DNA of 64,000 bases, taken from NCBI GenBank assembly GCA_010015585.1, contig ML975154.1, one strand, 5' to 3'. The stretch comes from Eremomyces bilateralis CBS 781.70 (Eukaryota). The notes beneath the pieces are model-generated. The model was not told the origin of the DNA. It did not search any database and worked only from the letters and a program-made list of their open reading frames with translations. Positions 41,201 through 55,689 of this stretch are shown piece after piece. Within the stretch, counting starts at the first letter, position 1. Every line of letters begins with the position of its first letter. The translations under genes were made by a program, and so were the position numbers.

Positions 41201-44200
41201 TCAATGACAATACAAGCACCAATGGTGGTGCGGCCAGCAGTACGATCCGAAATCAAGGCCTTCCCTTGTAAAGAATCTCTCCGCTCCTTGGTGAGAGAGA
41301 CAGAGCATGGGATTGGAGTACACTGTTGTACGAAGCACCAACTGGTTTGAATGGATTCGGACCAATCCCAGATTCCTTCCAACCGGATCAAACGAGTACT
41401 AAGCCCATTGAATCTCTATTCGGCGAGGTCCCCGGCTCTCCAAATTTCGGCCCGATCCAAAGCGAGTAATTCTAGCAATTATCATTTCCACTGCGCAATT
41501 TCCTATGCCCTTCTTTAGAACACAACAGGAATACGCGGTCCCTTGAATAGTATCATTCTTCACAAAGGAGCCCAATCAACGATGGGACAAAGGCGGTATG
41601 CCGCCGGCATGAGTCTGCATCTATTATGCACTACTTCCTGATCCATTATCGCTCTCGTCGTGCTTACGGCATATAACTCTTTCTCTCAACAATATCATAC
41701 AGAACTTCGGGGGGTGGCTGCGAGGTGAAAATCCCCAACATCGTTCATCATTCATTCCCTGTACTGCTGACGACCAAAGTTTATACTCAAAAGCCTGCAG
41801 TATTGGCCTACTACACGCCTTCGACATGTGCGAAATCAACGTTTCTACTCAGGCATCGGGTATACCGATGTCACTGGACAGAATCGACCACAAGAATCCC
41901 AGAATCTGGCCGTTGGGCCACATGATCCTCGGTCAACAATCAGCAGAATAGCGGAGAGCTACTGATCCGCCGAGTTCCGCGCTGACGGATTCATCACTAT
42001 ATGGAAAATCAACCCCAAGGAGAACCTGTCGTAGGCACGTGTTACACGTGACCCACAGAGCGGCACCATCTTCTTCCTCGACCGTAGCTATTAATACTTA
42101 GTTTAGCATGATTAGATCAATCAGACACACCATCTCGGACGAGACGTGCTTGCATTAGTTGCACAGAACCCGCCGACGTCGAACTAAAGACTGTCGTTGT
42201 CAAAGAAAAGAAAACGCATCTCCTTCTGTCTTTAACAGCAACACTCCGAACAGCAACACTTCGGAACAGCCGTTATCAAGTCCCCTCTCTACGCTCTCCA
42301 TCCATGAATATAACATTCGCTTCGACATATTTATCCGTCTTCTTACTCAAGTCTTTATACATTCTTTCATTCTTCAATCTCTCGCAGTCATTATTTTAAA
42401 CTGCACCAGCCTTGCCTAGAATTAGCAACCTCCATTTCCGTGCCGAAACTATAGTATTCTCGTATTGTGTGGGGGTGCGTGTGCTTTCAAAATGTAACAA
42501 GAAGGGTCAAATTCGGGATCCTGTTGAGTGTAGAGTAGGAGATATCATCCAGGTCCTTCAGCACGATCTCAAACGGGTATCTTCTCGTCAACGACTATAT
42601 AACAATGCCATGCGGTGAGAAATGCTCGTGAAGCAGCAACTTGACCCATTGCGATGCCAAAAGGACGACGCCATTCAAGCTGAAGCTGAGCTTCCCGAGT
42701 GGTAACTACAAGAGAGGGTTCTTCAGGAAGCACTATCGAACTATCAGAAAGAGGGGGAAAACACATCAGATTCCGTCTAGAAAATGGCGGTTGTCGTGAC
42801 ATGAATCGAATCCAAAGCGGCACCCAGCACTCAGTACAGAGTGAAGTATTCATGCCATTAAGAAAACAACATGGAATTCGACATGATGACAGCAACTCTG
42901 GTGTTCAAATCTTGAACGCCCAGCTCGAAGAAGCGGAAAAACGCAACCACGAGTTCGTTACAGAACACCGGATCAAGCTCCCGGATCCGCATTATTTCGG
43001 GATATCGCGTGGTTAGATCTCCGGATCCAAAATTCCTGTCCTTACAATGGACAAATCCAACTTCATCCACACTCTCCCAGATCAAATAATGCCTTCTACA
43101 GGATCTTGTGATTTCTGTACCACTGGACCATGTTCAAAGGTTGCCACAATATCCGAAAAATTCTGCAGGCCCGATACCAGGGTGTGGAAATCCAGACCTT
43201 CGACTCTAGTGCTTTTGTTCAGTATGCAAGAGAGAATTTCAATACTGCATGTCATCGTCCTATATTTTACTAGTTCCTAGTCGTCTGCTTTACCGTAAGT
43301 CTTGCTTTCTCGCTATCCCGCGCCACAGAAACCCAATTCAGAGTCCCTGGCTGGCCAGCGCAGGGCCAAACTGACGTGTTATTTCTGGTCGTTCTTAAAA
43401 GGGTTGTCCCGAGCGAGCGGGTTGGGATTCTCTTTGGATAACGTACGGCATGTTCTGCTACCTGCAATCCTTTACAAAGGGCACCCATCTCAACTCGGGC
43501 TGTCAACCAAGTGGTCGATGAATATATCACCTGCCATGTTCCTAGCACTACCTACCACACAAGGCGATAGACTCCAGATTTATTCAACTTGGATCGTTGG
43601 TTTTCACTCCCAGTTCTATAGGATAGTAAGGGCTCTCTCAAACGTACGTCTCTTGTTGTCTCAGTCATATCTTCACCACCTACTTAACTTCTATTTCCTT
43701 CAATCATTTTGGAATTTCAGACAAGGCTGACTATCATCACCATACTGGTGGAAAAGTTCAGAAGAAGGCCTAGACAAGGAACGGCGTTTTCTCGGGTAGT
43801 ACTATTGCTGTTGCTCTGGATCCGACACAGATAATAATGGCACACAGACAACCATCACACTTAGACCTTTCATGGATTCAAACCCGCAGTACAGCGGCAC
43901 GTACATTTCAATCCAAATGTTCTAGCCAGAGTCCAGCACCCAAAAGTTGACGACACGGCTGATGTCGGCTCCTCCGCGGAAGCACCAGAAACCGCCTCCC
44001 AAGGAGGATTACATGTTCCCTGAACCACTAACCCCCCTGTCCGTCTTTGTGTGCTTCAGTCCTCTTTCTCATCGCAATCGTCCTCAATCGATCCCATTCT
44101 CTCTTACTTTATCAAATACTTCATTAGTGCCGTCGCCATTTCCTCGTCGGGTTTCGAAATCATGTTTCAGGGCAACGGGTGTCACCACACCTTCGGTGAA

Positions 44201-44974
44201 GACATCCATCGTTGCCATCTTTTGCAGTGGATTACTCGAATGCGTTGTGAAACTCGAGTTTGGTGTAGGCGTACACTGTAGCGAAATCGATCACCACGCA
44301 GGAGACAGCAGATTTAAGAGCGTCGTGTCCCACCTTGGATCCCCTATAATCATGTTTGTTTGGTAGTGAATTTGAGTCGGAAGACTCAGTCCTAGGCCGA
44401 CAACTTTCAAGACATCACAAATCAGATCTAAAGATCCTCTTAGCTTAGGTAATTGAACCCGAGACCAATGTCCTCGCAGGTCAAGGTTCTATCAGGTGGC
44501 GGTTTGATCTTAGTGGCTGCCTTGCAAACGTTCGTAGACGGCCAAACCGTATGCTCATACCTATGTGGGAGAGAAACCTGCGTAACCCCTTCCATACACA
44601 TAGTCATGTAGAATCACGAAGGGAATATGAACCAAATCTGCTTCCAGAGGGATTCTAGAACGAGGGAACAAAGTCATCTATTGAAGACCAAGGAAGGAAA
44701 CAAAAAAACATTTTCACTCAACAATAATCGGACGGTATCAGTACGCTTGGCCGTTGCGGGAAATTTCCTGAAATTGCAGTCTGAGCTGAAAATCAGTTAT
44801 TCTCCGTTCTCGCAATGGGGAGGAAATACATTGGCCCTCAGGGTTGCGTGAAAGATTGAGTATCGATTCTGTAACGTATTCCACAAGCGAGCCGCCACTA
44901 CAAGCGAGCCGCCACCTCAACCTATACCAAACCACTTCAAGTACAGATTTCTCTACAACGCCAAATAAAATCAC

Positions 44975-46266
44975 TTATTTATAATATCTAGTATATTCTA
45001 CAGTATCTTGCCGACCTAGAGGACATGTTTCAATACGATGTCCTACCTCACGGCAGCGTCCACATCGCCTTCGACGCGGCGCAGCCCCNNNNNNNNNNNN
45101 NNNNNNNNNNNNNNNNNNNNNNNNNNNNNNNNNNNNNNNNNNNNNNNNNNNNNNNNNNNNNNNNNNNNNNNNNNNNNNNNNNNNNNNNNNNNNNNNNNNN
45201 NNNNNNNNNNNNNNNNNNNNNNNNNNNNNNNNNNNNNNNNNNNNNNNNNNNNNNNNNNNNNNNNNNNNNNNNNNNNNNNNNNNNNNNNNNNNNNNNNNNN
45301 NNNNNNNNNNNNNNNNNNNNNNNNNNNNNNNNNNNNNNNNNNNNNNNNNNNNNNNNNNNNNNNNNNNNNNNNNNNNNNNNNNNNNNNNNNNNNNNNNNNN
45401 NNNNNNNNNNNNNNNNNNNNNNNNNNNNNNNNNNNNNNNNNNNNNNNNNNNNNNNNNNNNNNNNNNNNNNNNNNNNNNNNNNNNNNNNNNNNNNNNNNNN
45501 NNNNNNNNNNNNNNNNNNNNNNNNNNNNNNNNNNNNNNNNNNNNNNNNNNNNNNNNNNNNNNNNNNNNNNNNNNNNNNNNNNNNNNNNNNNNNNNNNNNN
45601 NNNNNNNNNNNNNNNNNNNNNNNNNNNNNNNNNNNNNNNNNNNNNNNNNNNNNNNNNNNNNNNNNNNNNNNNNNNNNNNNNNNNNNNNNNNNNNNNNNNN
45701 NNNNNNNNNNNNNNNNNNNNNNNNNNNNNNNNNNNNNNNNNNNNNNNNNNNNNNNNNNNNNNNNNNNNNNNNNNNNNNNNNNNNNNNNNNNNNNNNNNNN
45801 NNNNNNNNNNNNNNNNNNNNNNNNNNNNNNNNNNNNNNNNNNNNNNNNNNNNNNNNNNNNNNNNNNNNCATAGTCGCTTAGGGTCAAAACCCAATCCTTT
45901 GGTATATCGTCGCTGTACCACGCTGAGAGCCCAGTTGACACCGACGCTTCTGCTATCCCGAGCAGCAAGGAGTTTATTGGCCATATCTTCAACACCACCC
46001 AACTGGGGCCCAAATCCTCGCGAATCTAGGTCCAAGATATGTCGAATAATAACACTCACCTCTAGATCCGTAAGTTTTCTTGAATTGGGCGTACAGTCGC
46101 GTCGTGAAAGGATTCCAGCGCGTCGGTCTCTAAGAGTTGTTCTAGGGACGTTGAATATAGCTGCAGCTTGTAGATTGCTCTGAATTTGGCCTTGACCGAT
46201 AGCGTGTATAGCTAAAGATAAACGACCCTCTTTTTGGATAGATTGAGCATCAATTGATTGAGACAT
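44975..46266 (-). pseudogene. Fot1-type transposase, disrupted (deletion plus frame change, centre in N gap)
   Basis: HTH region (AAAIFNVPRTTLRDR..SRKLTDLE..ILDLDSRGF..VGVNWA) directly abuts a DDE-region fragment (LSAWY..PKDWVLTLSD) in another frame. C-terminal CCHC knuckle RRCGRCREVGHRIETC. Confidence 0.88.
45089..45868. other. Assembly gap (N run) inside the transposon
   Basis: 780 N characters. Confidence 1.
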
Positions 46267-48110
46267 TGTTGTTTATAGACCGAGTGTCGCGTTTTCTGGT
46301 TGAGGTGGCGGCTCGCTTGTAGTGGCGGCTCGCTTGTGGAATACGTTAGAGTATTTTTGATTATCATATTTCCTTTCTATTTAGGGAACATCTTCATATC
46401 TTTAGTGCATATAAACTGGAGACGTCGCTGTCCCCGGGCGGACGACATTGCGACAGTCCGAGAACATTGTCGAGAATCTCGTCCGTATAACAAATATAAT
46501 TATTTCGTCGGACAGCACAACATAGACACTTATGCTGTCAGGACGTCACAACTGAAGCAGAAAGCTTTGGCATCTGCACACCTCAGACCGCGTACGAAGT
46601 CAACCTCAGTGCAATTTCGGCAGGCAAAAGACCAGCCGATGACATCTTCATATCCGACGCATCAAGCCTCTTGCGGAATCTAAGCAGCGCGAGGGACTTG
46701 GAGAAAAGAAAGATACCTCATACACTTGTCGTATACGTCAAGTACCGAAACTTGCCGCCTAGGAGGGCTTCATTCCATCAGAGGGAGCAATTCTCGTTGG
46801 ATTTCCCGTGGCCAGTGCCGCGGATCCGCGTTGAACAGTGGCAGTGGCAAGTAGGCACGCAAACTTGGCGATGCAGCTGGCTCTGTTGTTCCATTCCATA
46901 GCACCAGCGAGGCCTATGGACCTAAGGGCACTGGTACTGATGTCAAGGCCACCTAGAGATGGAAACTTAAGCCAGTCGCCGCCACCATCGCACAAACGCT
47001 GGTCCCAAGGGGTGTGTCGGCCATAACGGCCCAAGATACTGGAAGAGACAGTGAGGCCTCCTGGCATGATTCTGCTGAATCCTAGTCTAAACCCTCGTCC
47101 TGGCATCAGTGAGATATATCCTTTACTTGACTTACGTTTCTGAACAGACTTGCGCAGCTTGCGCCAATATGTTCGGAGGTGCATAGGCAAGCCCCTTAGA
47201 GATTATTGTAAACGCCCCCGTTGGCACCACCGTTGCCGCTCTTCCTGCTTCCCTAGTTCTCCACTTGCTGCAGCTCCTGGTAGCTGGGCTGTGAGTGATA
47301 TATTACTAGCACTGAATGGGGTCCTCTACCGGGGAGGGATGTCTAGGGATCATAGATAGGATACTGATTTATGGCAAGCGGCAGGACAGCTTCGGCCATG
47401 ACAGATGGATAATATCTACCATTGATTATTAACAGAGGGAATAGCCAAATGAAAGGGAAGCGCACCGAGGAAAAGAGAAAAGATACTGGGGACTCTTACA
47501 AGGACAGACATGATAGGACAAACATCATTTGTCGGACTAAATCGTCTTGGACCATGGCAGGTGTATACCCTCCACGAAACTTTTCTTAAAGCCGAATGGC
47601 GAATTCACGAGCCAGTAACCGAACCATAGAATGGTGATTTCCAAGACATGGTTATTCCCGGAGAGCAATGCGGAACCTACTGCTCGGACTGCTCCTATAC
47701 CAAAACCGCCGTTCTGCCTCCAGGAGCTAGGGAACGGACATCTATGCTGATCATAGTAATCAACCTCCGGTATCTGGGATGATACAATGAGGACGGGAAG
47801 ATGAATCTCTGAGCATCAGAAGAGAGGGAGGCCCCCCAATGGCTCGGAAGGACTTTCTATGCTTGGATGAGTTGCGGGATGCTCAGTTGGTGACAGTACG
47901 AGGGCTCATACCATGATCGAACGACCTCAAGCCGCATCTGTTAAATAGTAGAGTGAAATATAATGAAGATAGGAGGAGATCTAGCTACGAAACCAATTAA
48001 GATATCATTAGGATATTATGCTTCCAACAATCCTATACACATTTCGTACGACTCCCATGCTCAAATAACCCGTGACAGAATTGAACCAGGATCCCACCCG
48101 AATCCCCGTC

Positions 48111-50047
48111 TTAGTTCCCGTCCTTGATATCCTGCGCGATCTTCTCCGCAACCATGTAGCACGCGCTCTGCGGATGTCCAGGCGGCAACACCGGGAAAAT
48201 CGACGCATCTACAACTCGCAAGTTCTTTACTCCATGCACGCGTCCGTTGCTGTCTACTACCGCCTCCGGGTCGCTGGACGCACCCATCTTGCACGTCCCT
48301 GACGGATGCCACACCGGAACCAAGGTCTCGCGGATATATTCGAGGATACTTGCATCCGTGTCCATGGCAGGGCCAGGGAGATATTCGTCGCCGAGCGTGA
48401 TGTCGGTGCCGGCCCACGCTTGTCGGGTGCGCTTGAACGCGGCGACGGCGACTTCGGCGTCGGCGGGATGGGTGAGGTAGCCCAGGTCAATGAGCGGCGG
48501 GTCCTCCATCTTTGAGCTGTTAATGGTAATGGAGCCACGGGAGAGCGGGGCGACGAGCGCCGCGGAGATGCCTCCGTAGTTGTATCCGTCGTCCACCTTC
48601 TGATCGTCCGCGTTTTTCCAGCCGTTCATGATGCCGTCGATACCGATATACTCGACATCGGGCCAATCAGATGGAAACGCGGCATCGAGGGCCGCCCTGG
48701 ATGAGTTCGACAGGTTTGCGCTGGCGGGAAGCTTTTCGTAGCCGATGACGCCGAATCCCGGGGCAGTGAGCGGGCCTTTTTGGGCGAGGTATTGGGTGAG
48801 CGCATCGGCGGCGGAAACGAGGTCGAGCAAAAGTCGGGTGGCGGTGACAACGTTCACGCGGTAGGTGATGCCGAAGAGGAAATGGTCCATCAAGTTTTGG
48901 CCAACACCTGGAAGGTCCTTGAGGACGGAGATACCTTTGCTTTGGAGGGTGGCTTGCGGTCCGATGCCGGAGACCATCAGCAGCTGTGGAGACTGAAAGG
49001 CTCCCGCACTGACGATGACCTCCTTCTTCGCCTTGATGGTGTAACCGACTCCAAAGGTGTCAACTTTCACCCCGGTAGCAGTCGTTCCACTGAAGAGGAT
49101 CTGCTTGGCGAATGCGTGTTGATAGACTTTGAGCTTCGAGTTGCCGAGAGCCTGGTCCAGGAAACTTGTCTCTGATGACTCGCGAGACTGATCCTTAGGG
49201 TTAACTGTGACGGAAGCCCATGATGAGCCGTTCAGGGTACCAGTGTTGAGGTCCGTGTCCGGAAGAAGTCCGATGGACGCAAGTCCAACCTCGACGTATG
49301 TTGAAAGGGGAGAACCATGGTTCGGCCAGGTTACCTGAAGGGGACCGTTGAGGGAGTTGTCGAATCCCACGGGATCATAGAAGATGCTGGCGTTGGATTG
49401 ACGCTTGGACATGTCAGGGGGGGTGAGAGTTGTGCTCTTCTTGAAGAATGGCAAGACGCTCGCCCATGACCAAGCAGTGTCGCCAATCAGCTCCGCCCAT
49501 TTGTCGAATGTTCCTTTGGTGCCTCTGGAAACTCGCTGTTAGTCTAGCATGCAATGGATAGTTGCATGTCCTACCTATGGTAAACCATGAAGTTCCTTCC
49601 CGACGAACCACCTAGACATTTCCCTCTGGCATACCTCAGAACACGATTATTAGCACCCGTTTGTGGGACAGTATCGAAGTTCCAATCAATGAGCAGAGAA
49701 TCATCATCTGGGCTCGTGCCCGTATTAACCTAAAACGAGGTGTCGTGAGCACTTTATACGCAATGAATGACATGATTGAGACTTACAGCTGCTGCGAGTC
49801 CGGGGATGACTGAGAGCAGAGGGGCTTCAACTTCGTAGAGTCCACCTGCTTCAAGCACAGCTACGGTAGCACCAGACGTCTCTGCAAGTCTCGCGGCTAT
49901 TGTGAGCCCCGAAGTTCCCCCACCGACAACGACGTAGTCATAAGTCGCGTCAATTCCTGGAGCCCCAAAATTCTCGATTGGGATGACCGAATTTGCTTGT
50001 GACGACAAAACATGAAGACCTAACAATAGGTATTTTAAAGAATGCAT
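48111..50047 (-). CDS. Secreted GMC oxidoreductase (AA3_2-like), 3 exons
   Basis: Signal peptide, FAD motif YDYVVVGGGTSG, ARGKCLGGSSGRNFMVY, EVIVSAGAFQSPQLLMVSGIG, and catalytic-region motifs VWHPSGTCKMG and LRVVDASIFP..PGHPQ. Confidence 0.95.
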
Positions 50048-53000
50048 GACTGGGGTTCGGGAGCCTCAGAATGAATGAATGTGGATCTGTATAAGGGAAT
50101 CGACCCAGAAACGCGAGAACTCTTGAACAAAACGAACAAAATGAACGACTGAGGTGAGCAACAAACAACTCTTGAAGAGAGTGGCAAGAGAATGATGAGT
50201 ACCTACTCTCAAGAGAATGAGAATGAGAAGAAGTCAAGATGAAGACCTTCGGTAGGAAAAGACCCGCACGTGTGATTTCTCCTATGGTAGCTATGCCGGA
50301 TATAATGATCTGTGTGTAGATCATGGTTCCTAAATGCTATGATCATATCCAAGTCTGGAAATTGCCAGGTTCGCTAACTCGGATGGGGGAGGACTGGGGC
50401 GAAGAGAAATACCTAGTTCAGGCTAGTTGATACGAAGCGCCGCGCTCCGTTAATGTGGGCTGCGCAATGATCATGTCCACCGAAAGTCATTCCAGAACAC
50501 ATCCAAAGATGTTGGAATTTGGAGGAGCTCGATACCATCCGGATCGTAAGGTTGTTGGAGCCTCAAGCCTGAGCCCCTGAAGGCTGAAGGGAAGGGTCAA
50601 GGGGCTGAAAAGGAACCAGCCGGGGTGAGGAATTCATCCGGGGCTCTCTGGCCAACCTCCAGTTACTAGCAAGCGTCCACACGACTGGTATGGCAACCCG
50701 GGGCTTGCAACACTCAGTAGATTGGAAAGTCCCGATGTATATTCTCATGTCAAAGATGGTGAACAAGATTCCCAGATACTTGGTTCGGCTTATGGAAAGC
50801 AAAGGTTCCGATGAATTCGATTCAGCCACCATCAGTAAAGTTGCGCTTTGACCTGCTCGCCAAGTTCACTAATTACGCAGCATCTGACAGGGAATATCTA
50901 ATATGTATTGATAACGGGCGACAGTCCCCTCGGGTCTCGATTCAATAATAGTCCTGACTTCTGGCTTCTAACCTCCATGTACTTACTGCTTGGGCGCTAT
51001 AGAGAACGGAGCCACGGTGGAAGAAGAATGGTTAAGTTGCTCTGGAGTCTGGACCCTGTTAATATTGATGGATTCCAAGCAGTTCCAACAGTTGCTGTAT
51101 GGAGAGCCAAGGTATTGACTTTTGACTTTGAGAAACGGTCAATCCTCGTCACAAGGCGGCAGCGAATTGCAGTAATAGTGTCCTCCATCTCCGGCATCCT
51201 TCCAGTTTCGCCTTCTTCTGTTTCAACTTCATCAGACTTCCATCGTCGCCTTGGCTGGTAGGGCGCTGGAATGAGCCTGGATATATGGAGGATGCGTCCC
51301 TCCCCGAAGAGCTACCCAGTCCTGATTGCCATCTCGTATGCAATCCTGCAAGCGAGTATAATATTGTGGGAATGCCACTGCTGTGCCGCAAGATCGGGAT
51401 CCGCGATCATATAATATATATAGATATATATATACATACATATACATCCTATAGCTAGCTTGACATTCCTGAGTATAGATTCCTTGAAGACTTGTGGGAT
51501 TTCTCGATCTCGGAGAACTTGATCCCTCGTCAGATCAATCCTGGAGGAGTTTCACGGTCCTTTCCCGGCGAAGAATATTGAGATTGTTACCAAGACGCTA
51601 GCGGATGCAGGTGTTGTGCAAGGAATAGGCCGAGGGGCCATCGCCTGCTGGTAGCATAGGGGAGGAGGGACTCTGTGAGACTCTGAGAATGTGACGGACT
51701 GATAGACTGTGCCATATTCTGTACATTTTCTCGTTGTATTTTACCCAATATGATGATGCTTTTCAACCATTTTAAGGCATAACCTGTATAGAATTCAAGA
51801 TGACGATGTGGCTGGGGAGATTGATCCAAATATATCCATGCTGTTTCTATAAGTGCCAAGAGGAGCCAAAGCTTGGAGTTCTTGGAACTTTATCTTCTGA
51901 TCTGAGATCTCAACTTCGAACTCCACTTCTCCTAACAACATCCTCCCTCCCACGTGAATACAAAATCCCTTTTCCACTTCAACGCCCACCAAATCCGGAT
52001 GAATCAAGCAAAGACAATTGCGCCATGCAACTACTGATTCCCCGCACCTGGAGAAAGTCAGTCATATCCTGTTCTAGTTAGAGTCCGTTGCAACATAAAC
52101 TCCAAGGATACAGAGCACCAGCCCTTCACTAGGCCACCTATGACCTGGCGCGTCACATGCTTTTGGCAATTGACGGGCGCATCATTCTGAAACGTCTTAG
52201 CCTTGCCATATCGGCTTACGGCTTGGACGATCAAGCTAGGCGTCCTACTACTAAGAAACGCGTCGTCGAACGCCACGATTCGGTCCTGTCAACTTCCTGA
52301 CCTCCGAAAACTGCAGGATTTTCCTTGCTCCGGCTACCGTGCCATGTGGAAGTGCAAATCGCGAATCAGCATTATTGGTAATTCGAACTTTCGAAGCAAG
52401 AGCCAGGATGTCAGGACGGCTAAATGCTTGAACAATAATGCGCTAAAATTACGATTATTGCCGGATTAATTCTTTGCATTTATTCCCGCAGGGTCACCGT
52501 TGCGAAACAGCGGATCACCATCAAGACTCAAGAAAGAGTCAGCCCCTGTTTTACTACCTATCCTAGCAATTCATGATCTGCTGGGCGCTGATACCGTAGT
52601 ATGTATAGTACGGAGGTCCATTTCAAAAGTTATTGCTCGCCGAGGAAGTGGCGTGATTATTAATCAGTTTCGAGAGCCTATGCCACGGGCACTGGACTGC
52701 CTATCAACTGGGCATTTAATTCAGGTCTTATAGAGCCTAATTCGAGGCAAGGGCGCCGGGCATTCGATTTACCGCGCGTAGTACCCGCCCGTTGGCTAGA
52801 CACCCTACTGCCCGTGCTATCGGCTTTCGAACGACTTATATAATCAAGCCCCTTTCTTGGCGAGCAATAACTTTTAAAATGGACCTCCGTACGGAGTACA
52901 TGACTGCAAAGTGCATGTGGGGTAGCGGGCTCGCCCTTTAGTTCTTCTCCCTTCTCCACTGCCAGGCACATTTCATCGTGGTTGAAGCAGTGATGCCTTG

Positions 53001-54335
53001 TTGAGTGTTTGAGTATTATTATTTTGTTTTTTGGCTTCTCTTTAGTTCGTCCGGTCTGAATTCCAAGTCCAAGTCGAAACCTGTTCAAGTTCATTCTTTC
53101 TAGGGTGCCTGGTTGACAGAACACTCGCATCCGCGCTCATGGATGTACCTTGATCCCAGAGACTCTCATCCGTCGAGTGGGGTCTGACGATTCCTTGCTC
53201 ATCGACCGCCATCCGCCTGTGAGACAAGTTGACAATTGTGAAGTGTGAACTAACCCTTCACCCTACCTAGCAAGTGGCAGCTGCAGAAGTTAGGTTTCCG
53301 CTGTTAGTGGATATCGTCATTCGTCACTCACTATATATCGTCAGTGCCAAGTTAGGCGTAGTACCTAAATGAGGTGATGAGATCTCCCGTCTCTTTCCCC
53401 GCCCCCGCCACTCGAAGGACTGGCCCGTCTACCCACTACTGGGAGCCTCGTGTAGATACCCTTTCACCAAGCCACCAGGTACGTAAGGATAGGAGTCTGG
53501 TGTCCGTCTGGAACATCCGAAGAGGAACCAAGATGCCTTTAGCAGCTGCCGATGGCTTTCCTTGCGCAATCTTGTGAGGATGTTCCTCTTTCTCCCTGTC
53601 TCGTGGCTGATCCGGCCGCCCGGGGAATCTTCCACATTGCCATGCCTTTCGGGATCCGTCCAGTCTTGACAAGCTGACGGCCAAACCAAAGTCGAAGGTT
53701 AATTAATTGCGAGACGATTCGCACACGCATATTATACTTTTCAAATAATGCGATGGCGATCGCTGGAACCTGACGATGACCCACCCTTCGAAAGGGTTCT
53801 CTAGAGTGGTATATGTACCTTGAATGACTGGTGAGAGGACGCTGCTGGCTGCGCGCCTGTGACCTGCAGGTTCATGTACACTCAAACCGCGGGTCAACAT
53901 GATCTGACTGACAAAGTACCTAAATCCTCCTGGCTCGACAGATGTCTCAGGCTTTCACATGGTAGTGCCATGCATATCTGACCTCCATTATCACTCAGAT
54001 CGCCGCTATATTCTCCGACTATTGGAGTCCTAACTTCATTGTGAGTTACCAGGTGTTAGAAAGAAAAATCAGTGTTTGCTGCATCCGACCCCCGATTTAC
54101 GGCTCTTTCGGGATTTACGCATGAATATCAAATCCCTTGTGTTCCCACTTCCCCAGGTTTAGACATATTTTATTGTTCATGGTCTCCTTCGGCTCTCCTC
54201 CTCTTGAAACGGGATACCTCCATCTTGACCGACCTCTATTGACGATTATATTCCTCGATCGTCCTGGCTTGCGAAGGCTGGTGAACCGCGAGTAGTGCTA
54301 GCTACCGGTACAGGTACTCAGGAGCCACCGCAATC

Positions 54336-55689
54336 ATGTCGATGCCAACGGTCGAGGACATCCTCACATGGCCTCCGCCAAACTACGACAATCCTCAGGA
54401 TCCGCTGAATCCGTTCATCTATGGCGTTGAGGGCGCGCTCCTCGCTGTTATGACCATGTTTATCGCGGGCCGGTTCATCTCGCGCACGATGCTCGTGAAG
54501 AATGCACTCGGGGTTGATGACTGGGTGATGTTGCTAGCATACGTGAGTCGTGCGCTGCCGTGTATACAGGATCTCTCGCAATCTGACCATATCGTAGATA
54601 ATTTGCGCTGCAATGACATCATGTCACTTATATGCGCCGCAAATTGGGATTGGACGTCATCTCTACGATGTTCCACTGACAAACCTACCTGCGATTGGCA
54701 AGGTAATATCTTCTGTCCTGCGGCCAAAGAATGCGCTGCTGACCGGATAACAGTTGACCTTGGTAACCATGGCTTTATTCGGTCCCGCCTGCGCACTCAC
54801 CAAGATATCTATTTGTCTGACGTATCTGAGGTATTTTAAGCCCATCTATAACTTTATATCTGGCTAACTGGAGTGTCAGACTTTTCCCGTCCCAGACGAA
54901 CAAATACATCAACTGGGGGTGCATCGGTATCATGATTGGCTGGGGAATATCAACATGTCTTGTAATGGTCTTCCAGTGCATGTAGGTGCTTCAAACCTGA
55001 TTCCTCTGCCAGTGGCTAATCCCTGGTAGCCCGATGAATTCTACGTGGGACGTCTTTACCCCTATGAGCGAGAAGAACTGCGTGGATACAAAAATATTCT
55101 TCATGATCACTGCCGGCATTAACTCCGTCACGGACTGCTTGATTTACTTGTACCCCGCAAACTACCTTTGGAGGGTCCAGATGAGCCGGCGGCAGCGGAT
55201 CAGTCTGATTTCCTGCTTTTCTCTTGGCGTAGTGTAAGCCTCGACCACCCCATCTAAAAACTTCTAAGCGCTGACCAGAACAGTGTCACCATCGCCGGAG
55301 GATGCCGCATCTGGGTGATGGGCCGCTTCTTCTCCTCCTGGGACCAAACCTACTGGGGCGCCCTCATCTGCATCGTCCTCGCCATCGAGGTGAACCTCGG
55401 CGTCGTCTTCAGCTGCCTTCCGGCGCTGCGGCCGCTGATGGTGCGGATGTTCCCGCGCGCCTGGGGCACGTCGCTGGTGAAGAGCAACACGAACAATTAC
55501 GGCCAGAAGTCCTCAACGCTGGTCAGCTCGCGCGGGTTCCGGAGCATCGGGAACGATCCGGAGTCGATCCATATTCAGAAAGACGTGGAGCTGACGGTGT
55601 CAACGAAGCCGTATGAGGGCTATTCGAGCAAGGAGGATAATCGAGAGGGGAGCGAGGAGTGGGTGTTCCGATCGGATGTGGTGCGATGA
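54336..55689 (+). CDS. PTH11-like 7-TM integral membrane protein (no CFEM domain), about 6 exons
   Basis: WPPPNYDNP N-terminus, LGVDDW, GIGRHLYDV, TKISICLTYLR, VFQC.P, INSVTD..IYLYP, LWRVQMSRRQR and IEVNLGVVFSCLPALRPL. Confidence 0.9.

Larger units (their letters stand above)
44874..46346 (-). mobile_element. Fot1/pogo-family DNA transposon (Tc1/mariner superfamily), internally deleted
   Basis: Identical 49-bp TIRs (44874-44922 and 46298-46346) starting ACGT, with TA on both flanks. Each TIR has two ACAAGCGAGCCGCCAC direct repeats. Confidence 0.95.

Noticed and set aside
45025..46183. Long X-filled ORFs
   Set aside because: Artefacts of translating through the N gap.
46700..47950. Fragmentary ORFs between the transposon and the GMC gene
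   Set aside because: Protein-like patches occur in shifting frames but none is assignable without a search.
50500..53900. Short ORFs and an (AT)-rich tract in the GMC-PTH11 intergenic region
   Set aside because: No recognisable domain or coherent splicing. The AT tract near 51410-51447 is ordinary low-complexity sequence.
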